In this document: piece by piece, positions 1 to 10,719 of the stretch
Position numbering within the stretch: position 1 is the stretch's first letter
Layout of the letters: each line of letters begins with the position of its first letter
NCBI RefSeq assembly: GCF_964188315.1
Contig: NC_135668.1
Coordinates: 26,164,001-26,228,000, forward strand
DNA from: Podarcis muralis
Taxonomy: Eukaryota
Direction: 5' to 3'
DNA: 64,000 bases
Notes under the pieces: generated by a model
The model's input: only the letters and a program-made list of their open reading frames with translations
Told to the model about the DNA's origin: nothing
Databases searched by the model: none
Translations under genes and position numbers: made by a program

Positions 1-175
1 TTCTTTTTTAGTTCGAATAAATACCACTCCAAAATATTTTAATCTTTTTACACACCCACCACATATGGAACATATTGACACTTGGCTCCCCACATCTCCA
101 ACAATTATTTGGTACACTTTTGTAAATTTTTGATAATTTCCAAGGCGTCAAATACCATCAATATAACATTTTGGG
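1..175 (-). mobile_element. L1-type LINE ORF2 C-terminal fragment (in CHD2 intron 7)
   Basis: Minus strand reads KMLY*WYLTPWKLSKIYKSVPNNCWRCGEPSVNMFHMWWVCKKIKIFW, the L1 C-terminal CWRC..H.WW.C zinc-knuckle motif, with a premature TGA (probably from CGA). Confidence 0.8.
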
Positions 176-315
176 GGACTTTTCTCAAGAGGGCACTCTT
201 AGGAGAGGACTGAAGACAACACAGGGGTTCACATGCAGACACTGGTCTGCTTCTGCCCATATACAAATCTAGAAACGGTCGCTCTCCGTGCACCAGGGCT
301 CCTGCCCGCCATTAC

Positions 316-465
316 CTGACGTTTTTGGCTGCTCTGCGCCGGGTCTGCCTTTTGGGTGCCTCGTCATCATCATCATCATCTTCGTCCTCAGACGACTCTG
401 TTTTCCTCCGCCTCTTCCCACGCTGGGGCCTGTGGACCTTTTTCGCAATGGCTTTGCTCGCTGCT
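316..465 (-). CDS. CHD2: CHD2 exon 7 (150 nt, phase 2 to phase 2); gene continues beyond window start
   Basis: Acceptor ttttttag|, donor |gtaatg. Encodes [49 protein letters not shown], matching the CHD2 segment [21 protein letters not shown] before the chromodomains. Confidence 0.96.
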
Positions 466-565
466 CTAAAAAACGAGCATGAAAACACACCACGGTGTGT
501 ATTATACAGACCGTGGGATACAAAGGGAGCAGCTGATCAAGGACAGCCTTTCCCAACCTTGGTGC

Positions 566-696
566 ACAGGCAAACTCCAGCCCTCCAGATGTTTGGGACT
601 ACAACTCCCATCATCTCTAGCTTACAGGACCAGTGGTCACGGATGATGGGAATTGTAGTCCCAAACATATGGAGGGCCATAGTTTGCCTATGCCTG
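566..696. mobile_element. Palindromic ~135-bp non-autonomous hAT-type MITE
   Basis: CAGGCA..TGCCTG termini and self-complementary body (ggactacaactcccatcatc...gatgatgggaattgtagtcc). Same family as the copies with 8-bp TSDs at 22742, 39415 and 59043. Confidence 0.75.
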
Positions 697-1090
697 TTCT
701 AGATGTTGTTGGGACTACAACACCCATCATCCCTGGCTATTAACTGTGCTGTCTGGAGCTAATGGGAGTCCAACAATTGTTTCAACCATTTTAAATTTGT
801 GTGGGGTTGTTGTTGTCGGTGGTGGTTCCTATTGAGGGGAGGTGTGTCAGGGAGGAGAGGAGCTGGGGAGAGCAAGGGGGCCCAACTGCAGTAGTTGAAG
901 ATTGGGGGAGGTAAGCCCAGTCTTCATTGGGAGCCTCAAGCCCAGCCAGGGAAGGGCAGGAAATGTTTCATTTCCTGAAGATATGTAGGTCAGGCTGCTT
1001 GTTAAAAGGGCCCAGAAGCAGAGTCTATGGGTGGGTGAGGGAAGCATGGCAAACCCAAGGAAGGCAGCACCCCCCCCCACCCCTTCTTAC

Positions 1091-1216
1091 CTCCTCAGGA
1101 CAGGTCTCCGAGCTTTTATTTTCTTCTGCTCTGGTTCGCTTTCTGCGCTGGTGCCTTGTTCCTGTCCGTCTTCCTCCTCACCATCGTCCTCAGAGCCCCC
1201 CCTTTTCCATCGTTCC
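1091..1216 (-). CDS. CHD2: CHD2 exon 6 (126 nt)
   Basis: Acceptor aaatctag|, donor |gtaaga. Encodes [41 protein letters not shown], matching CHD2 [22 protein letters not shown]. Frame fits exons 5 and 7. Confidence 0.96.
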
Positions 1217-1627
1217 CTAGATTTATAAGCAAAACGCCAACAAGGGTTATCGTTATAATGTCCGGTTCTGGAGGGAACACACAACATGCCAGGAGCACAA
1301 GCATCCCTGCAGCTCTGGAGAAGTTGAGTCGGTGACCCAAGGTCCTCCTTGCTTTGCTCCTTTTTACTGAGATGTGCAACCAAACATTTGCAGAGCCCCT
1401 CTCGTCAAATCTGCCAGGATGATCAGATGCGTTTTACGTCCTTTCGCTCCTCTCAGATCAAAAGGCATCTATCGCTCTCGGTGTGGCCAAATACTAAGCT
1501 GCAGAAAGGGAAAACCCACCAGGAACTGACCCCAGACATTTTGCCATTTTTCCTCTTTGGAGTTTGTGATGTGTACAGAGCAAAATGTTGACACTCATTT
1601 TATTTCATTCTATGGTGTTTTTATGTA

Positions 1628-1816
1628 CAGTGGTACCTCCAGTTGCGGATGGGATCCGTTCCAGAGCTCCGGTCAGATCCTGAGGTTTCCACAACCAGAG
1701 GGACCACTTCTGCACGTGCGTGCACGGCAAAAACCCAGAAATATACATTCGGGTTTGCTGCTTACGTACCCTGAAGTTTACGTAACTGGAAGGATACGTA
1801 ACCGGAGGTACGACTG
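1628..1816. mobile_element. Tc1/mariner (Tigger/pogo-like) MITE
   Basis: TA|CAGTGGTACCTCC ... GGAGGTACGACTG|TA terminal inverted repeats with TA target duplication. Confidence 0.8.
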
Positions 1817-2179
1817 TACTTAATTTTACTCTTTTTACCCTATTATACACATTAGGACAATGTGCTCTATGTGCCTCTTGATCATTACACTAAGAAATAC
1901 CACTGATATAGAGTTACTGCTCTTCAGCCAGGGGCTCAGCACTCCAAAGCGGGTCACAGCTTGGCCTGGGTGGAAGGCTGCACTGAAAAACATTACCACC
2001 ACTCCTTTGGCTAGAACTTTCCCCCTGCCTTTTTTCCTTTTTAAAAACAAAGCAACAACAAGAAGGAGGGCTCTTTGCTTTTAGAGTGAGGAAAAAGTTG
2101 CATCATCCAAAATTCTCTCTTCTGTGCAACTGTTACACAGAAGATGTCCCCTTTTGCATCTAGTGCATGAATGGAGACC

Positions 2180-3020
2180 TGTAGCCTTCCAGATATTGTT
2201 AGACTTCAGCATGGCCAATGGATCAAAGGATAGTGGGAGCTGTAGCCTGAAAACATCTGGAGGGCTATATGTTCCCCCTGTCCTAGAGAAGGAGAGACAG
2301 GCATATAAGGTCGAAACATTAAAAACATTATACCCCATGTTATAGGCTATCACACCTAAAAATGCTTGACTGGCTTCCCTGCAGAACAGGGGTGATGTAA
2401 CCTGTGGTTCTCCAGATGTTTCTGAACCCTAATTCACATCAGCCACAGTCAGCACATTCAATGGTCAGGGATGAAGGGAGCTGGAGTCTAACATCTGGAA
2501 CAGGGCTTCCCAAATTGGGGTTTCCAGCTGTTTTTGGACTATGATTTCCATCATCCCTGACCACTGGTCCTGCTAGCTTGGGATGATGGGAGTTGTAGTC
2601 CAACAACTGCTGGAGAGGAGACCTAAGTTTGGGAAACCCTGATCTGGAAGAACACAGGCTAGCCACCTTTGCTCTAGAGCAGGCATAGCCAAAGTGGTGT
2701 CCCCCCAGTTGATGGGGTACAACTCCCGCCAGCCTCAGCCTGCATTGGCATTAGTCAGGGATGATGGTAGCTGTAGTCTGCAACATCTGGAGGACGTGGC
2801 ATTGGCTACCTCTGCTCCAGAATGCCCCAAATGGTGCTCTGAGTAGACACACAATTCATATGTGGGCTGCACAGAGGACACAAAGAATACAGCCATGTGC
2901 ACTGCAATGCCCTCTGGATGTTGCTGGACTACAATGTCCATCATCCCTGACCACTGGCCATGTTGGTTGGGGCTCATGGGAGTTGGAGTCCAGCAATATC
3001 TGGTGGGTACCAGTTTGAAG
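2180..3020. mobile_element. Cluster of about five degenerate palindromic hAT-type MITEs
   Basis: Repeated ccagatgttg..actacaactcccatcatccctgaccactgg..gggagttgtagtcc..catctgga cores near 2180-2290, 2400-2500, 2503-2640, 2680-2820 and 2905-3020. Confidence 0.65.
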
Positions 3021-3029
3021 GCGGCTGTA

Positions 3030-3143
3030 TTAATCTCAGGGTTGTGGGTTTGAGCCCGATGTTGGGCAAAAGATTCCTGAATTGCAGGGCGTAGGATTAG
3101 ATGACCCTTGTGGTCCCTCCCAGCTCTACAATTCTATGATTCT
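3030..3143 (+). mobile_element. tRNA-derived SINE with CR1-type tail (Squam2-like)
   Basis: B-box-like ggtttgagccc followed by the CR1-like 3' end tagatgacccttgtggtccctcccagctctacaattctatgattcta. Confidence 0.6.
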
Positions 3144-3481
3144 ACTATGTTCAAGAGGGATTAACATTTCAAGCATAAAAGGTTGGCAAGAACCCTCCTG
3201 AAAAAGGAACTCAGCGAGCACGGTGTTTAGTGTGACTGCCCATGTTTTGTGGAACAGCATTCCTGTTGAGATATGACAGCCCACTCCCAGCCTAGCAGTA
3301 ATTTCTGGAATCAATGGGTGACATTTTTGTTCCAACAGGTTTTTTCAGCTGGACAAATGGGCCTTTGCAATGAGTATCAATTTGTTAGGGTTTTAGTCTT
3401 GTTATAAATGCATTTGTTGTTTTTTTGTGTTCTTAGCTGTTTTTAATATTCTTATGTGGAAGTCACCTTGAGATGGTGGTT

Positions 3482-3617
3482 TAGTGTTTCCCAACCTTGG
3501 GCCTCCAGCTGTTTTTGGACTACAACTCCCATCATCCCTAGCTAGCAAGACCAGTGGTCAGGGATGATGGGAATTGTAGTTCAAAAACAGCTGGAGGCCC
3601 AAGGTTGGGAAACACTG
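3482..3617. mobile_element. Palindromic hAT-type MITE, near-identical to the copy at 39415-39550
   Basis: tagtgtttcccaaccttggg ... cccaaggttgggaaacactg inverted ends. Confidence 0.8.
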
Positions 3618-3675
3618 GTTTAGAATGTGATTAATCAATCAGTCAATCATAGAAATAAGGGCCCTCAAAACTTAC

Positions 3676-3737
3676 GTTCTCTTCATTTGCTTTTGGCCTC
3701 TTCTTTTGGGGCTTTCGCTCTCAGACTCGCTATTTCC
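3676..3737 (-). CDS. CHD2: CHD2 exon 5 (62 nt)
   Basis: Acceptor ctttttcgtttaag|, donor |gtaagt. Encodes GNSESESESPKRRGQKQMKR(T), matching CHD2 [20 protein letters not shown]. Length 62 nt as recalled for human. Confidence 0.94.
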
Positions 3738-4125
3738 CTTAAACGAAAAAGGAGAGAGGAAGGGGAACCATGAACAAGGCCGGTCGCAGGAGGCCAACCT
3801 TGCTGCTAACTGCAAAAGCAGCAACACCAAACTTCTCGGGACAAAACACTAGTAAGATGGCTCTCCTTGCCGAAGCAAAAAAATAAAAAATCTGCCATTT
3901 GGGCAAGCACCTCAACGCCTGCAGCCCTGACCCAAAAAGAAGGTCTATTCTGCTACAGGTGCACAAATGGGTGAAGAAGGGAGTACACAGCAAGGAATAA
4001 AAACCCCAAAAGGCAAGGAGACTAAAATGAGTAACAAACCAGAACTAAGTGCACAAGGCAATCTATCAATAACCTTCATGAAATGCCTGCCACTGCTATG
4101 GCAGTCAGAAAGGGATGGAGTGGGG

Positions 4126-4326
4126 ACATACAAAGCTGTCTTGTACCGAGTCCATCTCATGGACCCTTGGTCCATCTCATTCAGTATTGTCTGCACTGAC
4201 TGGCAGCAGCTCTCCACGGGTTTGAGGCAGGAAGCATTTCCAGCCCTATCTGGAGATACTGGGGATTGAACCTTGGACCTTCTGCATACGAAGCAGATGA
4301 TCTACCACTGAGCTACGGCCATTCCC
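4126..4326 (-). mobile_element. tRNA-derived SINE (Squam3/Ther1-like)
   Basis: Minus strand gggaatggccgtagctcagtggtagatcatctgcttcgtatgcagaaggtccaaggttcaatcccc (A and B boxes), then the core and tail. Confidence 0.75.
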
Positions 4327-5177
4327 CACGTGTGACTCTGACAACCTCTCTAAGGGGCATGGGTTTCCATGTCTAAAAAAGTTTGTGGCAGGCTAGGCTC
4401 TAGATCAGAGCTGGCCCGATTCAGCCTCCCAAGAATTTGTTTCCATTGCATCTCCTCTCTTCTCCAGTAAGAACACACCATTCTGTCAGTGGCAGCAAAA
4501 ATAAAAATAAATGCAAAAAGAGTGCTAGGGTAGGCAGAAATATCTCCATTCAGTGGAGCACCCTGATTATGCCCCCTCCCTGGTCATGAGATGAATCATT
4601 TGATGAGCAAGAGCGAAAAGGAAAAACCCTCCTCAGCTGATCCACAAAGATGAGGAGGGTAGCTGGGTTTCTTGTGTGTGAGGTGACATCCATCACTAGC
4701 ATGTAGCCCCCAAAGGCTTTTCCAAGGCTGAATTTTGTCCCTTGGGACGAAGAGGGCCAGCCACCCCTCTCCAGAAAGCTCCAACCATTGTTCTGCAGGA
4801 CCCCAAAGAAGGGGGCATTTGTTACATACAAGTGTGATTTGCAATTAAAAGGCAAAGAGAAGTAGCTTCTCAACAATGGACAAACACACAGCACCATGGC
4901 AAGAAAACACCCCTAGCTGCCCCAGTACTGGCAAGATCCTTGAGAAAGCAATCAACAACCATGGGGGGGGGGGTTGAAGAGGGGCAGAAGCAAGAGTCAT
5001 GACAGGGGATAGGGAGATGGTCGAGAAGGGGGTGTGAGAGCTCAGTGTTGTCTCCACAGGTAGGCAGCAGCTCTCTGGGGTTTGAGGCAGGCACATCGGG
5101 GGCAAAAAACCCCAAAACAGAATGAAAAAGGGCTTTGCAGAGTTCAAAGGCGAGGGAACATGCTTATTCGCCATAAC

Positions 5178-6540
5178 ACCTTCAAAAAATAGAATCACAT
5201 GCCCCTAAACTAAACCAGAAACCAGTTCCTCTGTTATTATACGCAGACGATGCTGTTCTACTATCATTAACGAGCTTGGGTCTGAAACGTCTTATATCTT
5301 CTCTGATCCTTTACTGCGAATGTAACAAACTCTCTATAAATTATGAGAAGACAAAAATTTTGGTCTTCTCGAATGGTTGGAAATTAGAGAAATGGAAAAT
5401 AAGAGGGCAAGAAATCCAACAAGTGAAAATCTATAGGTATCTGGGAATCTTATTCCAGAGCAATTTAGGGTGGGCAAATCATCGCACAAATGCCATAAAA
5501 CAGGCAAAGTGCACCTCATCAGCAGTTGCCCGTTTTTATTATCAGAAAGGTAATCAATTTATTCCTGCGGCCAATCAGATATTTCAAACAAAAGTGCAAT
5601 CCCAGATATTCTATGGAATCCCGCTATGGGTCCAAGCATATAACAGTGATTTAAAAAAGATTCACTCCAGCTTTCTGAGACGTATTCTTGGACTCCCAGC
5701 TGTGATCAAATATGAAACAATGTGTGCAGAAATAGGCATACACACAATGGAATATTGGGCCTGGTCCACCTCAATAAAGTACTGGTTACGCTGCCATTTT
5801 CGCTGCCCTCCATCAAGTCTGCTCGCTGATCTGCTCAAAGACTCCTATAAATCAAGATGGTATCAGTACCTCGAAAAAAAGATTGAATCTTTAGGCATCG
5901 AGCTGGAGCCCCTGTACAATTCTAATGAGCAATACATTTTCCATAATATCCTAACTAGACTAAAGGATGTCGAGAGACAAAATATTATGGCAGCTGTAAA
6001 CAAAATTTGCTCCCCCATATTCTATGATTTAAATATCTTAGATAGCAGAGCCAATTACGTCACTAAATTAATAATCCCAGCCCAACGTAGGGCTTTTATG
6101 CTGGCCCGTTTGAATGTTTTTCCCTCAGCATTTGTCAGGGGAAGATATCAAAACATTCCTAGAAACAAGAGATTCTGCAGATGTTCTATGAATGTCCCGG
6201 ACACTGTAGAGCATATTCTCTTTCATTGCCCATTGTACAGTACGCTCCGTCAACGCGTGCTGTCCCCTCTTTTGGGTGGTCTGGAACCCCAGCAAGGTGA
6301 ATGTGTGGGATTCTGCCTATCCGACGTTGACCAAAGGGTAACGGCGGGGGTAGCCGAGTTTTTGGTAGCAGTCCTCCAAGGAGCAGGTTAACAAGGAAAA
6401 CCACTGATTCTATATGCATATATATATATATATGTATGTAGCCAACTGCTGCCTTTTTATATATATTTTAAGGCTTTTATATGTTATTTTCTCTTTCATG
6501 GTTTTATTTGCATAATGCCTAATAAAGGTTTGATAAGTAA
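5178..6540 (+). mobile_element. Young 5'-truncated non-LTR retrotransposon (RT C-terminal half plus CCHC domain; RTE-X/L2-group-like, clade uncertain)
   Basis: Uninterrupted frame 5180-6391 containing LLLYADDAVLLS (YADD at 5240-5251) and C-terminal CRC..EHILFHC. The 3' UTR has AATAAA. Perfect 16-bp TSD GCTTATTCGCCATAAC at 5162-5177 and 6541-6556. Confidence 0.9.
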
Positions 6541-8503
6541 GCTTATTCGCCATAACTTACATCCTCGATTTGGGCGTTGAGCTACTGGACCCTTGGAGTC
6601 CTTTCCAACCTTACAGTTCTATGGCTCTGTGATGTGAACCATTTGCTTACTTTAAGCAACCTTCACCTCCCAAGAACACCTAATGCTTGACATGTCAGCC
6701 AACCCTAAGCAAGCCCCCTTTTGCAATCACCAACATGCACCAACATACAGGCCCAGGTTTGTCAACTTCAATGCTCCCTGCCCCAAAACACAAGGCAGTC
6801 CCACCTGCCAGCTACCGATCACCACAAAGCTTCTGTGTTGTCCTGCTGGGCATGTCTCACCCTTCGTTGGCACTCTCTGCTGCAGATAAGAGCCTTGCCA
6901 ACAAAAGCCGGTCTCAGGCCAAGGTTAGCTTCAGGTCCTGGCTGTCTAAGGCAACTCCTATCAGGGAGCTGTCATCCAAAATACAGTATCTGGAGGCCAG
7001 AGGCTGAACTCAGAGCTTTGGCATCAGGCAAGAAGCCTAGTAGGGCATCTCGTGCCCGGTCTGTCCTAAGATGGCACTTGCAGAATCCTCCCAACCGCCT
7101 ATACCCACACAAAAGTGGAGGGTGGGGCAGGAGAGGAGATGAGAAGAAAGTGGCAGCCATGTGGCCGGTGTGGACCTGAAAACCTTAGAGGTCCTGAGGT
7201 CTAATCCAAAACATACCAGCAAAATTAAACCACTGCTAGTGGACATGGAAGAGCTTAGTTTCATTCTGTGGCTTATTTCGGAGAGGGGCCCTGCCCCACC
7301 TTTACCAACATTTGCCTATTTCAGACTTTTTCAGGCCTCGTTTCCACCTGTACGACTCCTCACATGCTTGTAGGTGTTGCCTCCTTCATTTTTATTTTGT
7401 GTACGTTATAATGAAGAAAAGAGCACCTTTTTCAAATGAAAGACAAACAAGGTAAGACAGCAAAGGATCTTCTAGGATTACATGGGCAAAACAGCAGCGG
7501 GAAATGGACAATTTCAATTAGAAAGTTGCCCAAGCGGGGGGGGGGGAGGTTTAAGTGCCCCTTTTTGTCCTATTCCAATCAGATAAGGAGACTATCCTGA
7601 TACCAAACTTGGGGGTGGGAGACAGCTAAGAGAACACTGAATGTATGTCTCAGTTAGAAACAAGTTTCATGTCTTCTGGGATTATGTGAAAATTGACGAA
7701 GGTGAAGGTGTTCCTTCGCTGAATGGTGTTGGTTTAAAAAACATAGAAGTGAGACAGAATTCCCAGAACAGCCCAAGAAGAAATGCCTCTTGTTTAGCAA
7801 CCACAGTGTCCACATGCAGAAATTTTGCATCAGCTCAGTTTAACTGATTTGAACTCCATCCATGGCTGAGGAAGGCTGGTGTAACATACTGGCCTGGTTC
7901 CCACACAGTGCTGGGGCAAACTATGGCTTAAGGCAAGCGAGCAAGCATGCTGGCGCACAGTGACAAAACTGCAGCCACTTCGCTACTTGCACAGGTCGGG
8001 CTTAGCACTACGTCCCAACCCAGCACTGGGCTTTGTGTCGCTCCAAAAAGCTGCAACCGAGATTTGTTCTCAGCTTACTGCTTGCGATTCCTTTGAAGTG
8101 AGACCAATCATGAACCCAGGTTGGGACACAACACCAAGCCAAACCATCACTTGGTGGCAGGAGCGGGGGAGCAGTGAATCTCCCACAGCTTTCTAACTGT
8201 ACGCCAGCACAACTTCCCCATTCCTTGTTCCATGGAAGGAAGCCTCTGTTCCATGTGGTGAGCTATGGGCCTACTCTGCGTTTCCACCTCCATTTCAGAA
8301 GGGAAGAGGAGCGTTCTTTTTTGGGTTTTACAATATTGTGTGGTATAAGCAAAAGTTTCCTACTGAATGACACATATGTGTGTACTTTTTTGTTTTTGTT
8401 TTCAACTCTTTATCTTACAGCATAGCCAATGGCAATGGAGGAAATGGGCCCAATAGTTATGAGACCACATAATATTGTAAAACAAAAAAAGGACAGGACT
8501 TAC

Positions 8504-8544
8504 CTGAGCCCCTAGAGGGAGCTGCTTTCGTCTGCAGCGGAGAT
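8504..8544 (-). other. Candidate 41-nt poison (NMD) exon in CHD2 intron 4
   Basis: cacccacctcag| acceptor and consensus CAG|GTAAGT donor. In the frame of exon 4 it reads ISAADESSSL-TAG. No transcript evidence is available. Confidence 0.3.
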
Positions 8545-8819
8545 CTGAGGTGGGTGTGACATCACCAGCACAGTGCATGCTGGGCCATCGTTACAGAGAG
8601 AGCCTAGTATTGGCAGAACTTGGGAAAAAGGAAAACAAAAGCTGGCATAAATGGCATGCTAACAGCCCACTGGATCTGACCTTTCTTGGGGGACGGGGAG
8701 GGAGGATCTGTGGATTTCTGTCAATAATGGGGAACCTGGCACCCTCCAGACTTTCTTGGAATCTGCCTCCCAGTAGCCCCCAGCGATGTGGATGATGGTC
8801 AGGGTTGATAAAGAGTTAA

Positions 8820-9365
8820 GAAGATAAGAAGAACCCTGGTGGATAGGCCAAAGGCCCATCTAGACCAGCATGCTGTTCTGACAGTGACCTATCAGATTGG
8901 GGCTTATGGGTGTTGGAGTACAGGCAATTCCCTGTTTGCGTGGGAGTTGCGTTCCAGGTCATGGTTCGTGTTGGCGGTTTCGCGTCAATCGGACGCACAC
9001 AAAATAGCCTCTACCTGTATATCAGCTTCTCGAGGGCCACAGGTTCTCTATCCCTGAAGTATATATCTGCATTTTGCAATGTTTCTCCTGCTTGACTGCC
9101 CAACCCTTTCCACAAACCCTTTCCACAACCCTTTCCACAACCCTTTCCCAACCCTTTTCTGCCTTTCAGAAGCACACAAGCAGGACCTGGATGGAACAGC
9201 CCTCTCCACACTTGAAATTCTCAGTAACTGGTATTCAGAGGCATAGTGTGGCATCCTGGCCAGTAACCAATGATAGCCATTTCCTCAATGAATCCTCTTT
9301 TGAAGCCATCCAAGTTGGTGGCCCTCACTATCTCCTGTGCTAGCAAATCTCATTGTTCATTTTTG
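8820..9365 (-). mobile_element. Old CR1 LINE 3' end, interrupted at 8898-9160
   Basis: Matches the CR1 3' fragment at 58478-58845 (acagtggcc..cagat|gcc..aagcaggac..actggtattcaga..gccatccaagttggtggcc) and is collinear across the insert. Confidence 0.7.
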
Positions 9366-10310
9366 TCCTGTGTGGATGGCTGGAAGTCTGGCAGCCTCTG
9401 AAGGGCCACAGGCAACCTGATCACCCCTAAAGCAAACAACTACAATGGTCTGCAAAGTATCTCCTGGCTTTCTCATTTCCCATGGAAACTAGGAAGTTTG
9501 GGAGGTGGAGGAGTTGAAGTGGGGTGGGGGGACACCATCTATGATAGTGGGATCACTAAGTATCATAGGACAGGAAGGGAGCAACAATTTGGCCACAGAG
9601 TACTGCAGAAAAATGGGTGCCATGGTTGAGTAGTATGGAAACGGGGTGCATCTCTTTGCCAGCATCTTGAGAGCTGGCTCAGTGTGATGGTTAGGAGACA
9701 GAGATTCAAATTCTGCCTCCACCATTAACTCACTCAGTGAGCAAGTCTGTTTTTCCCTCATCTGTAATATGGGAAATGAGAATACGGGCTTACCATTATT
9801 GTGAAAGTTATAAAACAAAACACGGAGGCAGCTCTAAGGCTTTGGCACTCGGCAGGCAGCACCACTGTAAAGGACACTTGGTTGCTTAATTACTGTTGTG
9901 AGGCAGTAAGAGGAAGGGATGTTGGACCACCCACATCTGGGACTTGGGGGGGGAGGTCTCCCCAGAGCAGCAGAAAGAGGGGAAGTTGGGTGGACAATAG
10001 AGGGGAGCATTTGCTTAAGCACCTTCCTTGCGTCCACACACAAACACACCCCATGCATACTGCTTTTACAGAGTAAAACACAACTGGTATTTGTGGAAAG
10101 GGTTGGGCAGTCAAGCGGGAGAAACATTGCAAAATGTAGATATATACTTTAGGGATAGAGAACATGTGGCCCTTGAGATGCTGATATACAGGTAGAGGCT
10201 ATTTTGTGTGCGTCCGATTGACGCAAAACCGCCAACACGAACCATGACCTGGAACGCAACTCCCACGCAAACAGGGAATTGCCTGTACTCCAACACCCAT
10301 CAGCCCCAAT
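8896..10310. repeat. 221-bp inverted repeat pair (8896-9116 and 10090-10310), ~96% identical, ~970-bp spacer
   Basis: Manual alignment of the left arm to the reverse complement of the right arm gives 8 mismatches and no indels. Confidence 0.92.
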
Positions 10311-10387
10311 TTGCATGGCCAATAGTCAGGGTTGCTGGGAGTTGGTAGTCCAGGAGTATATGGAGAGCCACAGGCTCCCTATCCCTC
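10150..10387. mobile_element. hAT-type palindromic MITE carrying a nested TA-flanked Tigger-like insert (10189-10285)
   Basis: tagggatagagaacatgtggccc start and ccacaggctccctatccct end. The inner element is TA|CAGGTAG...TGCCTG|TA. Confidence 0.55.
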
Positions 10388-10719
10388 ATCTGAATAGACA
10401 AGTGTGTGTTTGACCAACTTATGTGTTAGTATGTGAGTTTGTCTTGATGGACAGATCTTAAATCCAGAAGTGCTTATTATAAAAATGTAAACTACCTCGA
10501 GGGTTTTGGCAGGTAGACTGGATAAAAAGGTAGGAAACAAGACAATCTCTGGCACCACCTTTTTGATGAATGTAAGAACAGCCTGGCAGCTGGATCAGAC
10601 CAACAGGCTATCTAGTCCTGCAACATGCTTTCAGATGCATCTGAGAAGCCTGCAAGCAGGATATAAATGCCACAGCACTTTCCCTCGCTTGTGCACCACA
10701 GCAACTGGTCCTTAGATGC

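Noticed and set aside
288-702. Plus-strand ORFs overlapping CHD2 exons (also 13547-13963 and 1031-1228)
   Set aside because: They are shadow or alternative frames of Ser/Asp/Glu-rich CHD2 exons.
5276-6391. 371-aa ORF as a host gene
   Set aside because: It is a retrotransposon ORF2 remnant: YADD motif just upstream in frame, TSD and poly(A) signal.
8896-10310. Single DNA transposon with 221-bp TIRs
   Set aside because: No TSD. The arms cut through a MITE that continues at the right-hand site, and the left arm interrupts a CR1 that resumes inside the supposed element.
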